Shown: positions 43,660 to 52,449, counted from the stretch's first letter. The stretch: DNA of 64,000 nucleotides from Corynebacterium sp. (GCF_030535495.1 NZ_JAUNRW010000002.1:3654-67653), one strand, 5' to 3'. Made by a program: numbers and translations. The notes: generated by a model not told the origin, from the sequence alone.

Positions 43660-44385
43660 ATGTCCCTACGCAGCGCCAACGAGGCCCCCCGCCCCGTCCG
43701 CATGGTGTTCACCACCCGTGCGGGCGGGGTGTCGTCGTCTCCCTATGACTCCTTCAATCTCGGTGATCATGTCGGGGATGATCCCGCCGCTGTCGCCGCC
43801 AACCGTGAGCGTCTGGCCCGCGTCCTCGAGCTCGAGCACGTGGTGTGGATGGAACAGATCCACTCCCACAACGTCACCGTCGTCGAGGGCCCGCAGGATG
43901 ATCCGGTCGAGGCCACCGACGCCCTCGTGACCACGCAGCGCAGGCTGGCGCTGGCCGTCCTGGTCGCCGACTGCGTGCCGGTACTGCTGGCGGATCATGT
44001 CCACGGCGTCGTGGCGGCCGCCCACGCCGGGCGCATGGGGGCGCGCAACGGAATCGTGCGGCGCACCGTCGAGACGATGCTCGAACTCGGTGCCAGGCCG
44101 GAGAGCATTCAGGTGGTGCTGGGTCCGGCGGCCTCCGGGCGGCACTATGAGGTGCCCGCGGAGATGGCGGCGGACGTCGATAAGCATCTTCCCGGATCGA
44201 CGACCCGCACGGAGAAGGGCACCCCGGGTATCGACGTCCGCGCCGGCCTGGTCCGCCAGCTCATGAGCCTGGGTGTGACCACCATCGAGGCCGATCCGCG
44301 GTGCACCATCGAGGACGAGGACTTCTTCTCCTACCGCCGCGAGGGCACCACCGGTCGCCAGGCGGGGTTGGTGTGGCTGCCGTGA
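43660..44385 (+). CDS. pgeF: Peptidoglycan editing factor / purine nucleoside phosphorylase PgeF (YfiH)
   Basis: FNLGDHVGD, QIHS, ADCVP, HAG, FFSYRR. Confidence 0.92.
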   Translation: MSLRSANEAPRPVRMVFTTRAGGVSSSPYDSFNLGDHVGDDPAAVAANRERLARVLELEHVVWMEQIHSHNVTVVEGPQDDPVEATDALVTTQRRLALAVLVADCVPVLLADHVHGVVAAAHAGRMGARNGIVRRTVETMLELGARPESIQVVLGPAASGRHYEVPAEMAADVDKHLPGSTTRTEKGTPGIDVRAGLVRQLMSLGVTTIEADPRCTIEDEDFFSYRREGTTGRQAGLVWLP

Positions 44386-45044
44386 GTCGCCTCGAGGAAC
44401 TGCGGACCAATCTCGCCGCCACCCGGGCGCGTATCGACGCCGCCGCGGGCACCCGCCCCGTCCGCCTGCTGCCCGTGACCAAGTTCCACCCCGCCTCCGA
44501 CCTGGAGCTGCTGCTGGAGCTCGGCGTCACCGATGTCGCGGAGAACCGCGAGCAGGAGGCGCGGGCCAAGGCGGAGGCGGTGCCGGGGATGCGCGTCCAC
44601 ATGATCGGCCAGATCCAGACGAAGAAGGCGAACTCCGTGGCACGGTGGGCCGCGAGTGTCCACTCCCTGGATTCCGTGCGCCTGGCGCAGGCCCTTGACC
44701 GCGGGGTCGCGCTGGCCCTGGAACGCGGCGACCGCACCACCTCCCTGCCCGTCTATCTGCAGCTGTCCGCCGACGGCGACACCGCCCGCGGGGGAGTGAC
44801 GGAGGAGGAGCTTCCCGAGCTCATCGACGTCGTGCAGGCCGCCGAGCACCTCGAACTGCGAGGCCTCATGGTGGTGCCGCCGCTGGGCGTGGATCCGGCC
44901 GGGGTGTTCGCCCGCGCGCGTGAACTCAGCGCCGGAATGGAGCTGTCGGCCGGCATGTCCGCCGACCTGGAAATCGCCATCGCGCAGGGCACCGACATCG
45001 TGCGTGTCGGTACCGATGTGATGGGTCAGCGCCCACTAGCGTAA
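44382..45044 (+). CDS. yggS: PLP homeostasis protein YggS
   Basis: VTKF, AENREQE, HMIGQIQ, LSAGMSAD, VRVGT; GTGA overlap with pgeF. Confidence 0.92.
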   Translation: MSRLEELRTNLAATRARIDAAAGTRPVRLLPVTKFHPASDLELLLELGVTDVAENREQEARAKAEAVPGMRVHMIGQIQTKKANSVARWAASVHSLDSVRLAQALDRGVALALERGDRTTSLPVYLQLSADGDTARGGVTEEELPELIDVVQAAEHLELRGLMVVPPLGVDPAGVFARARELSAGMELSAGMSADLEIAIAQGTDIVRVGTDVMGQRPLA

Positions 45045-45101
45045 AAGCACAGTTACCGACAATAACCCCCGCGCCAGCTGCAACAACGGGAGAGGAACCA
45101 T

Positions 45102-45569
45102 ATGTCTATCATCCGGAACGCCAAGGAGTTCTTCGGTCTGACTCCGATCGACATGGAGCACGAGGACGCCTACTACGACTACGACCGCGAGGAGCCGCGC
45201 TACCGCTCCAGCGGTTCCGCCGCCTACGCACCTTCCCGTGAGTACAGCTACGACTACGACCGCGAGGAGCGCCCCCGCTACGAGCCCGCCGCGAAGCTCG
45301 TCGCCGTCGAGGTCTCCTCCTACAGCGAGGCCGCCCGGATCGGTGAGCCCTTCCGTGACGGAGATGCCGTGGTCTTCGACATGACCCGCATGGAGCCGGG
45401 TGAGAACAAGCGCATCGTCGATTTCGCTGCCGGCCTCTGCTACGCCCTGCGCGGCCGCATGGTCAACGTGTCCAAGAACGTGGACACCGATCGTCAGGTC
45501 TTCGCCATCGTCCCCGAGGGCGCCGACTTCTCCCAGGCGGAGTTCGAGCGTTCCGCGAAGCTGCGCTGA
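45102..45569 (+). CDS. sepF: Cell division protein SepF
   Basis: N-terminal amphipathic helix, FRDGDAVV, KRIVDFAAGL. Confidence 0.93.
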   Translation: MSIIRNAKEFFGLTPIDMEHEDAYYDYDREEPRYRSSGSAAYAPSREYSYDYDREERPRYEPAAKLVAVEVSSYSEAARIGEPFRDGDAVVFDMTRMEPGENKRIVDFAAGLCYALRGRMVNVSKNVDTDRQVFAIVPEGADFSQAEFERSAKLR

Positions 45570-45590
45570 TTCGGAACGCAGCTGGACTCA

Positions 45591-45627
45591 GGTAGGCACC
45601 CCGCTCCGGCGGGTGTCTACCTTTTTT
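45591..45627 (+). terminator. Intrinsic terminator after sepF
   Basis: GGTAGGCACCCCGC / GCGGGTGTCTACC stem followed by TTTTTT. Confidence 0.8.
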
Positions 45628-45655
45628 GTCTGCCCAGGCACTAGGCTCGGTGGGC

Positions 45656-45946
45656 GTGAGTCTTCTCGGAACTGTCCTGTACGTCATCCTGCGGGTGTTC
45701 ACACTCGTCCTCATCGCGCGCATCGTCATTGAGATGATCCAGTCCTTCTCGCGCAATTTCCAGCCGCCGCGCTGGTTCATCTATGTCGCCGAGCCTCTGT
45801 TCGTGGTCACGGATCCGCCGGTCAAGGCGCTGCGGAAGGTCATCCCGCCCCTGCGTATGGGTGGGGTCGCGCTGGACATGTCCGTCATCGTCCTGTTCAT
45901 CATCCTCTCCGTTCTGCAGGTCGTCGTCCTGTCCGTTTTCCGGTGA
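45656..45946 (+). CDS. YggT family membrane protein
   Basis: LIARIVIEMI, TDPPVKALRKVIPPLRMGGVALD; GTG 45656. Confidence 0.88.
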   Translation: MSLLGTVLYVILRVFTLVLIARIVIEMIQSFSRNFQPPRWFIYVAEPLFVVTDPPVKALRKVIPPLRMGGVALDMSVIVLFIILSVLQVVVLSVFR

Positions 45947-46118
45947 CGGGTGGCCGGAAGGTTGAAGCTCCGGTAAAGAATTAGTGTGTCCGTGGTCTCC
46001 GCCGCCCCACCCGGGGTTACACTTGACCAAGCACTCAACGTACGATTAAACGAAATGCATACACGCGGGTCGCACCGCGCAGGCCTACCGGGCCACCACA
46101 CACTCGAAGGGAACGCCA

Positions 46119-47093
46119 ATGCCGCTGACACCAGCTGATGTGCACAACGTCGCTTTCAGTAAGCCGCCGATCGGCAAGCGGGGTTACAACGAGGATGAGG
46201 TCGACCAGTTCCTCGACCTCGTCGAAGACACTCTCGCCCAGCTGCAGGACGACAACGACGATCTTCGCTCCCGCCTCGAGGAGGGCGGTGCGGCAGCCCC
46301 GGCCGCCGCGCGCGATGACGTCGACGAGGCGGCCCTCCGCAAGGAGATCGAGGAGAAGGTCCGTAAGGAGTACGAGGCCAAGCTGAGCGAGTCCCGCAAG
46401 GCCACCGAGAAGGCCGAGGCCGAGGCGAAGACCGCCAAGGCTGATCTGCAGAAGGCCAAGACCGACCTGGAGGCCGCCAAGAAGCAGGCCGCCGCCCAGC
46501 CGGCGCAGCAGCCCCAGAAGGCAGCCGCCGTGGCCGTGCCGAAGGATGCCGCCCCCGCCACCGCGGATACCCACATGCAGGCCGCCAAGGTCCTGGGCCT
46601 GGCCCAGGAGATGGCTGATCGCCTCACCTCCGAGGCCCAGGCCGAGTCCAAGTCCATGCTGGACGAGGCACGCGCTGCCGCCGAGGCCCAGATCTCCGAG
46701 GCCGACCAGAAGTCCCAGTCCCAGCTCGCCGACGCCCAGAAGCGCGCCGAGCAGCAGGTCACTGAGGCCGACACCCGCGCCAAGTCCCTCGTCGCCGATG
46801 CCGAGAAGCGCGCCGAGGAGACCACCAACCAGGCGAACTCCCGCGCTGAGGCGCAGATCCGCCAGGCAGAGGAGAAGGCCAACGCCCTCCAGGCCGACGC
46901 CGAGCGCAAGCACACCGAGATCATGGCGACCGTCAAGCAGCAGCAGACTGCCCTGGAGACCCGTATCGCGGAGCTGCGCACCTACGAGCGTGAGTACCGC
47001 ACCCGCCTGAAGACGCTGCTGGAGTCCCAGCTGCAGGAGCTCGAGTCCCGTGGTTCCGCGGCGCCGAGTGCCGACGCAGGTAAGCAGAACTAA
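46119..47093 (+). CDS. divIVA: Polar growth scaffold DivIVA (Wag31)
   Basis: [33 protein letters not shown], two coiled coils, FEREY-like [10 protein letters not shown]. Confidence 0.97.
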   Translation: MPLTPADVHNVAFSKPPIGKRGYNEDEVDQFLDLVEDTLAQLQDDNDDLRSRLEEGGAAAPAAARDDVDEAALRKEIEEKVRKEYEAKLSESRKATEKAEAEAKTAKADLQKAKTDLEAAKKQAAAQPAQQPQKAAAVAVPKDAAPATADTHMQAAKVLGLAQEMADRLTSEAQAESKSMLDEARAAAEAQISEADQKSQSQLADAQKRAEQQVTEADTRAKSLVADAEKRAEETTNQANSRAEAQIRQAEEKANALQADAERKHTEIMATVKQQQTALETRIAELRTYEREYRTRLKTLLESQLQELESRGSAAPSADAGKQN

Positions 47094-47109
47094 CGACAGT
47101 GTTCTCCAC

Positions 47110-47150
47110 CCGGTGGGGGTAGCGCATCCGCGTTACCCCCACCGGTTTTT
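47110..47150 (+). terminator. Intrinsic terminator after divIVA
   Basis: CCGGTGGGGGTAGCGC / GCGTTACCCCCACCGG stem followed by TTTTT. Confidence 0.85.
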
Positions 47151-47214
47151 CTGCTTCTCCGGGTAGGGCGCGGTAAGTTTTGTACAACCAACTACCCGCC
47201 TGGAAGGCTCACAA

Positions 47215-49995
47215 GTGCAACGTCTGGAATACGTCACCGAGTTCGGGGATATTGCCGACAGCAGCCAGGCGGAGAAGCGGCTGAAAGTCGTCCTGGTCCG
47301 CGCCAATGCCGGACATGGCAAGACATTCCTGCTGGCCGCCTGCCGGGACTCCTTCACCGGACTGTCACTGACGCTGGATGTCGATGCGCTCGACGCCGAC
47401 ATCCCCGGTTACGCTGCGGATAAGCTGGCGGAACTGCTGGGCGTGGCATGGACGGATGCCGGTTCCGAGCCCGCGATGGCACGCGATCTGGCCACCGCGC
47501 TGAGTTCCCGTGGTCCCCAGGTGCTGCTTATCGACGACGCCCACTGGATCGACGAGCTCTCCTCCCGGATCCTGTGGCGTACGCTGCGCCAACTGGTGGA
47601 CTATCCGGTGACCGTCGTGGTGGCCTTCCGTCCGTGCGACAATTTTCTGGTCCAGCGACTCACCCGCCAGCTCTCCGATCACACGCTCGGCGCGATCATT
47701 GATCTGCAGCCCTTCACCCGCGAGGACATCCGCCAGCTGCTCGATCGGCGCTTCCGTCTCGACGCCTCCGACCGCGTGGTCAGCCGCATCCTCGAACTCA
47801 CCGACGGGATCCCCCTGCATGTCGGCCTCATCGCAGAGCGGATGGTCCGGGGAGACGGCACTCTGTTGGGCGACGTCACCTCCGCAGGAGGAGGTCTGTT
47901 GGAGGGCATCGCCGACTGGTGGGAGGACACCAGTGCGGCGACGCGCAGGGCCGTGGAGGTCGTCTGTGTGGCCGAGGTCGGTCTCCACAGCCATGAGCTG
48001 CAGCAGGTCCTCGACCTGTGGGGTCAGACCGTGCCGGCCATGAGGGAGCTGCGGGCCAACTGCCCCGCCCTGAGCATCACGTCGGGTGGAGTGATCCGTC
48101 CCCGCAATGCACTGGTGGCCGCCGCTTTGCGTGAGACGCTGCCGAGCGACTACACCCGTGATATCCACCGCGTGCTGGGGGAGGTGCTCTCGGGTGAGGA
48201 GGCGTTGTATCACCGGATTCGCGCCGCAGACGACAACATCGCGCCCCTGGCGCAGGAACTGCGCGCCGCAGGGGAGGCCGAACTGGCGGCGGGGCGGTAC
48301 CGCCAGGCCGTCGGCCTGGCCCGCCGACTCCTCGACACGGTTCGGGACGTCGACTCCCTGCGCCTGACGTACCTGGCGGCGGTCCGGGGCGGGATGGTGT
48401 CCGAACTGACCTACCTGCAACCTCACCTCGGACGGGTTCCCTTCCCCCTGCTGCGGGGTGCGTGCCAGACCCTCATTGCCGCCGCTCTCGATGACGCCAC
48501 TGCGGTGGCCGAGCACTTCGGCGAGATCGCCTCCCTCGACCACGCCGACGAAGCGATCACCGACCGCCTCTTGCGCGGTTATGCCGCCACCGAGTTCGTC
48601 CGCGTCATGTCCGCGTACTTCCGTTTCGATCTCATCATCCCCATGACGGCGGGGGTCCTGGCGGATCTCGATTCCCTCGCCGACACAGGAAGCGATGAGG
48701 TGGCCAGGGAAGCGGCGATCCTGGCGGCGTTGATCCGGAAGTTCGTCGAGACCTCACACACCTCCCCGGAGCACACGCTCGCGTCGATGAGCACACTCCA
48801 GGAGATCGTCGACGGACTCGCGACCTTCCCTGATACGCGGGACGCACAGCTGTCCCTGCTGTCGGCGCGCGGATCGATCGCCTGCAACGTGGGGCTGTTC
48901 GAAGAAGGACGGAAGGATCTGGAGGCCGCGGCACTGGCGCCGAAAGGTCACGTCAACTGGCAGATGCAGTCCCGGATCGCGCTCTCCCACATCTACTTCG
49001 AGAACGGGCAGTGGGACGACGTCGTCCAACTCCTGCGCTCCGGCCTGGGAGACGCCCTCGACATCCTCTCCGACCCCGCGCCGCTGGCCGCCTATGCCAC
49101 TCTGGGGGCCGTGCACTCCGGGCGGGGCGACGTGACGGAGGCGCAGGCACACCGCCGGATCATCGACTCAGTGGAGGACCAGCAGCTGGCCGCCTATGCC
49201 GCGGCGGAATCGCTCTGGGCTCTGGTGTGGACCTGGCAGTTGACCGGTGATGAAGACACCATCGCGCCGACGGTGGTGGCGGCCTACCCCGGTTTCCAGT
49301 TCAATTCACTGCTGTGGACTTTCGCCGGTCCGGCCGCTGTGGCAGGGATGGTGCGGGCGCTCATCGCGGCCGATCGGATGGACGACGCCGCGGCCCTGGT
49401 CGCCTCTGGATTGTCAGCCTTGTGGGTGGAACCCGAGGTCAGCGCTTACGTGGACGCACACTCCCGGGCGCTGCTCGATCTGGCGCAGGGCAGGGCGGAC
49501 CGGGCCTTCCAGGACCTCATGGCCCTCCACGGCCGCTTTGCCGCCCACGCCGAGTCCGTGCGGGCGGGCCGACTCATCGTGGCGATGGTGGCTCTCGATG
49601 CCGCCCGTGCCTGGCTGGCCGGTAGCCGTGAGCCCGAGGTGACGGGGCTGCGGGCCGCCCTCGACGCGGCCCGGTTGCTGGCCCTGCGGGTCGGTGCGCT
49701 GCCCCTGCTCGGGATGATCCATGATCTGGACGAGGCGTTGGCCACCGAAGCCCCGGAGGCGAGCCCGGTCGCTTCTCCGGCGTCGCCGCTTTTCGATTTC
49801 ACCCAGCTCACTGCCCGCGAAAGAGAGATCTCCTACCTGGTGGGTCAGGGGCTGAGCAACCAGGAGATGGCGGAGCAGCTGTTCCTGTCCGTGCGCACCG
49901 TGGAGTATCACGTCTACAACGCGACCCACAAGCTCAATCTCTCGTCCCGCGTTGAGCTGCGCCGCCTCGTCCGGGACGGCTTGTCGCTGAACTAG
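47215..49995 (+). CDS. Large ATP-binding LuxR-family (LAL/MalT-type STAND) transcriptional regulator
   Basis: P-loop ANAGHGKT, Walker B VLLIDDAHWID, long helical middle region, C-terminal LuxR HTH LTAREREISYLVGQGLSNQEMAEQLFLSVRTVEYH; SD GGAAGG; 926 aa. Confidence 0.88.
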   Translation: MQRLEYVTEFGDIADSSQAEKRLKVVLVRANAGHGKTFLLAACRDSFTGLSLTLDVDALDADIPGYAADKLAELLGVAWTDAGSEPAMARDLATALSSRGPQVLLIDDAHWIDELSSRILWRTLRQLVDYPVTVVVAFRPCDNFLVQRLTRQLSDHTLGAIIDLQPFTREDIRQLLDRRFRLDASDRVVSRILELTDGIPLHVGLIAERMVRGDGTLLGDVTSAGGGLLEGIADWWEDTSAATRRAVEVVCVAEVGLHSHELQQVLDLWGQTVPAMRELRANCPALSITSGGVIRPRNALVAAALRETLPSDYTRDIHRVLGEVLSGEEALYHRIRAADDNIAPLAQELRAAGEAELAAGRYRQAVGLARRLLDTVRDVDSLRLTYLAAVRGGMVSELTYLQPHLGRVPFPLLRGACQTLIAAALDDATAVAEHFGEIASLDHADEAITDRLLRGYAATEFVRVMSAYFRFDLIIPMTAGVLADLDSLADTGSDEVAREAAILAALIRKFVETSHTSPEHTLASMSTLQEIVDGLATFPDTRDAQLSLLSARGSIACNVGLFEEGRKDLEAAALAPKGHVNWQMQSRIALSHIYFENGQWDDVVQLLRSGLGDALDILSDPAPLAAYATLGAVHSGRGDVTEAQAHRRIIDSVEDQQLAAYAAAESLWALVWTWQLTGDEDTIAPTVVAAYPGFQFNSLLWTFAGPAAVAGMVRALIAADRMDDAAALVASGLSALWVEPEVSAYVDAHSRALLDLAQGRADRAFQDLMALHGRFAAHAESVRAGRLIVAMVALDAARAWLAGSREPEVTGLRAALDAARLLALRVGALPLLGMIHDLDEALATEAPEASPVASPASPLFDFTQLTAREREISYLVGQGLSNQEMAEQLFLSVRTVEYHVYNATHKLNLSSRVELRRLVRDGLSLN

Positions 49996-50609
49996 TCGGC
50001 GGCCACCCACAGTTCCAGCGCCCGACTGCCGTGGACGACGCTGCCGTAGTCGTTGGTGCCGGTCACCCTGGTGATGACGGTGAGCACCCACCCGGCGGTG
50101 TCGTCCGCAGCGCGCGGCAGCTGCAGGGCGTCGATGAACGAGGACGGTTCCGTGACGGAGTAGCCGCTGAGATCCTGGCTGCCGTCGGAAAGCACGCTCA
50201 TATCGCCTGTCGGCTCGAGAGCGTTGTTGACGGGCTGGGCGTAGACCGTCAGGGTGGTCAGCGTGACTCGGTCAGTCGAGCGCGGCACCAGCGACACCCG
50301 GATCATGGCGATGGGGGAGTCGAGGTTCGGGACGTCCGTCCAGGTGCTCACCCGCAGCTCATGTCCTGAGACGTCGGTGATGACCTCGGTGGGCGGTGGG
50401 GGCAGAACCGGCTCCGGAAACGTCGGCAAGCTGAAGGTGGGGCGCTCCCGGGGGATGGCCGCTACCTGGGTGTCGACGCCGTCCACCGGGGTGGACAGGG
50501 CCGGGACGGGGAAGGCACTGCGCATCAGCGACGAGATCTCCGGGGTGGAGCACGCCGACAACGGCATGCACACCGCGAGCGCGAGGCAGGCGAATCGTAG
50601 GCGGTTCAT
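49992..50609 (-). CDS. Lipoprotein of unknown function
   Basis: ATG 50609 after SD GGAGA; basic N-terminus, hydrophobic stretch, lipobox LSAC; Pro-rich linker then a beta-rich domain; 205 aa. Confidence 0.75.
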   Translation of the reverse strand: MNRLRFACLALAVCMPLSACSTPEISSLMRSAFPVPALSTPVDGVDTQVAAIPRERPTFSLPTFPEPVLPPPPTEVITDVSGHELRVSTWTDVPNLDSPIAMIRVSLVPRSTDRVTLTTLTVYAQPVNNALEPTGDMSVLSDGSQDLSGYSVTEPSSFIDALQLPRAADDTAGWVLTVITRVTGTNDYGSVVHGSRALELWVAAD

Positions 50610-50641
50610 GGGTCTCCCATCAGGGCAACGGTTGGTTCTTA

Positions 50642-50753
50642 GGGGTAGTACAGCCACTGGTCATGCGCGGCGCAAGGGAAACCCGGGGAAACCGGTAGCG
50701 GTCCCGGTAGTGGGGAAGACTCCCGTAGTTTTCCCCGTACTAGTTTCCTCCCC
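50642..50753. repeat. Cluster of short SSGTAG and GGGGAA/TTCCCC repeats in the lipoprotein-GT2 divergent promoter
   Basis: GGGGTAG 50642, CCGGTAG 50692 and 50704, CCCGTAG 50722, CCCGTAC 50734; TAGTTTTCCCC and TAGTTTCCTCCCC. Confidence 0.55.
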
Positions 50754-50783
50754 GAAATGTGTTCTGCGGCATATCTTTCTGGC

Positions 50784-52244
50784 ATGACCACTCCCGACAC
50801 CACCGCTCCCTCGACCGACGTGAGCACCATCGACCCGGACAATCACTTCCTCACCTATGCCCCCCAACGCGCAGCCGAGGTGGAGGTGTACCGTGCGCCC
50901 TCGATCGTGGCCTGCATCATTCCCGCCTACAACGAGGAATCCACCATCGCGGCGGTCCTGGAATCCGTCCTGGCGCAGTCGCGGCTTCCCGACGTCGTCC
51001 ACGTCGTGGTGAACAACACCACGGACGACACCTACTGGATCGCCCGTGAGTACTGCGGACGTCACGACATCGACTACCGCGGCGTACAGCAGTCGACCGA
51101 GATCTTCATCCACGACGTCGGCCGCATGGCCGACCGCAAGGTCGGTGCCCTGAACTACGGATTCGATCTGCTCGGGGAGGACGTCGACTACGTCATCGGC
51201 GTCGACGGTGACACCACCCCGCATCCCAAGGCCTTCGAACGTCTGCTGGCGGAGGCGGAGTCGGACTCACGCATCGGTGGTGTCAGCGCCATCTACAGTA
51301 TCGACACCCACGGGCACCGAGGGCCGATCGCCAACTTCCTCGTCGTCGGTCAGCGTGCGCAGTTCGCCTCCTTCACACTGCTCAACCTGTGCCGCGGCCG
51401 CAACATGGCGGTGCTCGGAGGGCAGTGTTCCATCTTCTCCGCGCGCGCCCTGCGCCATGTCAAGCAGTCCTACAACCAGAAGACACCCTGGGTCAACGAT
51501 TCGGAGGTGGAGGATTCGCTGCTCAGCCTGCAGATCCGGTCGGCCGGCTATCTGACGAAGATCTCCAGCACCGCGCGCGCCGACGTCGGCGGAATGACCA
51601 CTCTTCGGGCCCTGGACGCCCAGCAGGTCAAGTGGAACTACGGGGCGATCGACCTCATGTGGCCCGGGGAGCGTGGAAACCTCCGCGGCCAACCGTTCCA
51701 TCCCAACCTGCGGCTGCGCTGGTACGAAAACATCGAGATGCTCCTCAACTTCGTCGTCCGTGTCGGCTTCGTCCTGCTGCTCTTGGCCTCGCTGTCCATC
51801 GGTGCCTTCAGCTTCCAGTGGTGGTGGCTCATTCCGCCGGTGCTGGCGACCCTGCTCAACCTGCGCGTGGCACTGACCATGGAGAATCGGACCACCAAGG
51901 ACATCCTCTTCGCCCTGTTGTTCTTCCCGGCGGAAATCTACATGTGGATCAAGATAGGCCACTTCCTCCGTGCCTGGACGCGATTCCTCTCCCGGGTGAA
52001 CACGGACAACTGGGGTGATCAGGCGAAGGCGGAACAGGGCAAGGGTGGCTGGAAGTATCTCGGGCCCCTGCTGGCACTGGTCATCGTGGTCATCATCGCC
52101 GTCGGTATGTGGCTGAGCATGCCCACCAACGCCCAGGTCATCGCGCTGTGGATCGGCTGGCCGATCCAGGCGGCGGTGACGCTCATCCTGTGTCTCATCA
52201 TGGTCCGCCGCCTGACGCGGCGACAGTACGGCTACCGTGTATAA
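50784..52244 (+). CDS. GT2 processive-type membrane glycan synthase (D,D,D,QxxRW-like)
   Basis: IIPAYNEE, KVGALN, DGD, EVED, QQVKW, then about 4-5 C-terminal TM helices; ATG 50784 with -10 TATCTT 6 nt upstream. Confidence 0.85.
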   Translation: MTTPDTTAPSTDVSTIDPDNHFLTYAPQRAAEVEVYRAPSIVACIIPAYNEESTIAAVLESVLAQSRLPDVVHVVVNNTTDDTYWIAREYCGRHDIDYRGVQQSTEIFIHDVGRMADRKVGALNYGFDLLGEDVDYVIGVDGDTTPHPKAFERLLAEAESDSRIGGVSAIYSIDTHGHRGPIANFLVVGQRAQFASFTLLNLCRGRNMAVLGGQCSIFSARALRHVKQSYNQKTPWVNDSEVEDSLLSLQIRSAGYLTKISSTARADVGGMTTLRALDAQQVKWNYGAIDLMWPGERGNLRGQPFHPNLRLRWYENIEMLLNFVVRVGFVLLLLASLSIGAFSFQWWWLIPPVLATLLNLRVALTMENRTTKDILFALLFFPAEIYMWIKIGHFLRAWTRFLSRVNTDNWGDQAKAEQGKGGWKYLGPLLALVIVVIIAVGMWLSMPTNAQVIALWIGWPIQAAVTLILCLIMVRRLTRRQYGYRV

Positions 52245-52245
52245 T
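52237..52245 (+). promoter_or_regulatory. ileS promoter -10 element overlapping the GT2 stop codon
   Basis: GTG-TATAAT (hexamer 52240-52245) about 40 nt upstream of the T-box. Confidence 0.65.
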
Positions 52246-52282
52246 CGCCGATGTCTGTCCCGTCTTTCCGGCGGGCAACACG

Positions 52283-52417
52283 CCATGATCCGGCCATCAC
52301 CGGGGAGCGTCTCCGGAAGAACAGCCCGTGGGGCCCAGTAGAACCGGATCACCATGAACGAAGTGGGGTGCCGTGGCACCCAAGCAGGGTGGTACCGCGC
52401 AGCACATGCGTCCCTGC
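52283..52417 (+). ncRNA. Ile T-box riboswitch (actinobacterial translational type)
   Basis: Short stem I GATCCGGCC-ATC-ACCGGGGAGC with Ile specifier ATC at 52296, AGTA/GAA S-turn elements, T-box AAGCAGGGTGGTACCGCG, GCAGGG / CCCTGC pairing. Confidence 0.92.
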
Positions 52418-52449
52418 ACCGCCTGTCCCGTTCGTGAGTGAAGGAAGAT

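Noticed and set aside
47150-52250. Mobile-element status of the LuxR-lipoprotein-GT2 module
   Set aside because: No integrase, transposase, att-like direct repeats or terminal inverted repeats were found, so it is reported as an accessory module rather than a mobile element
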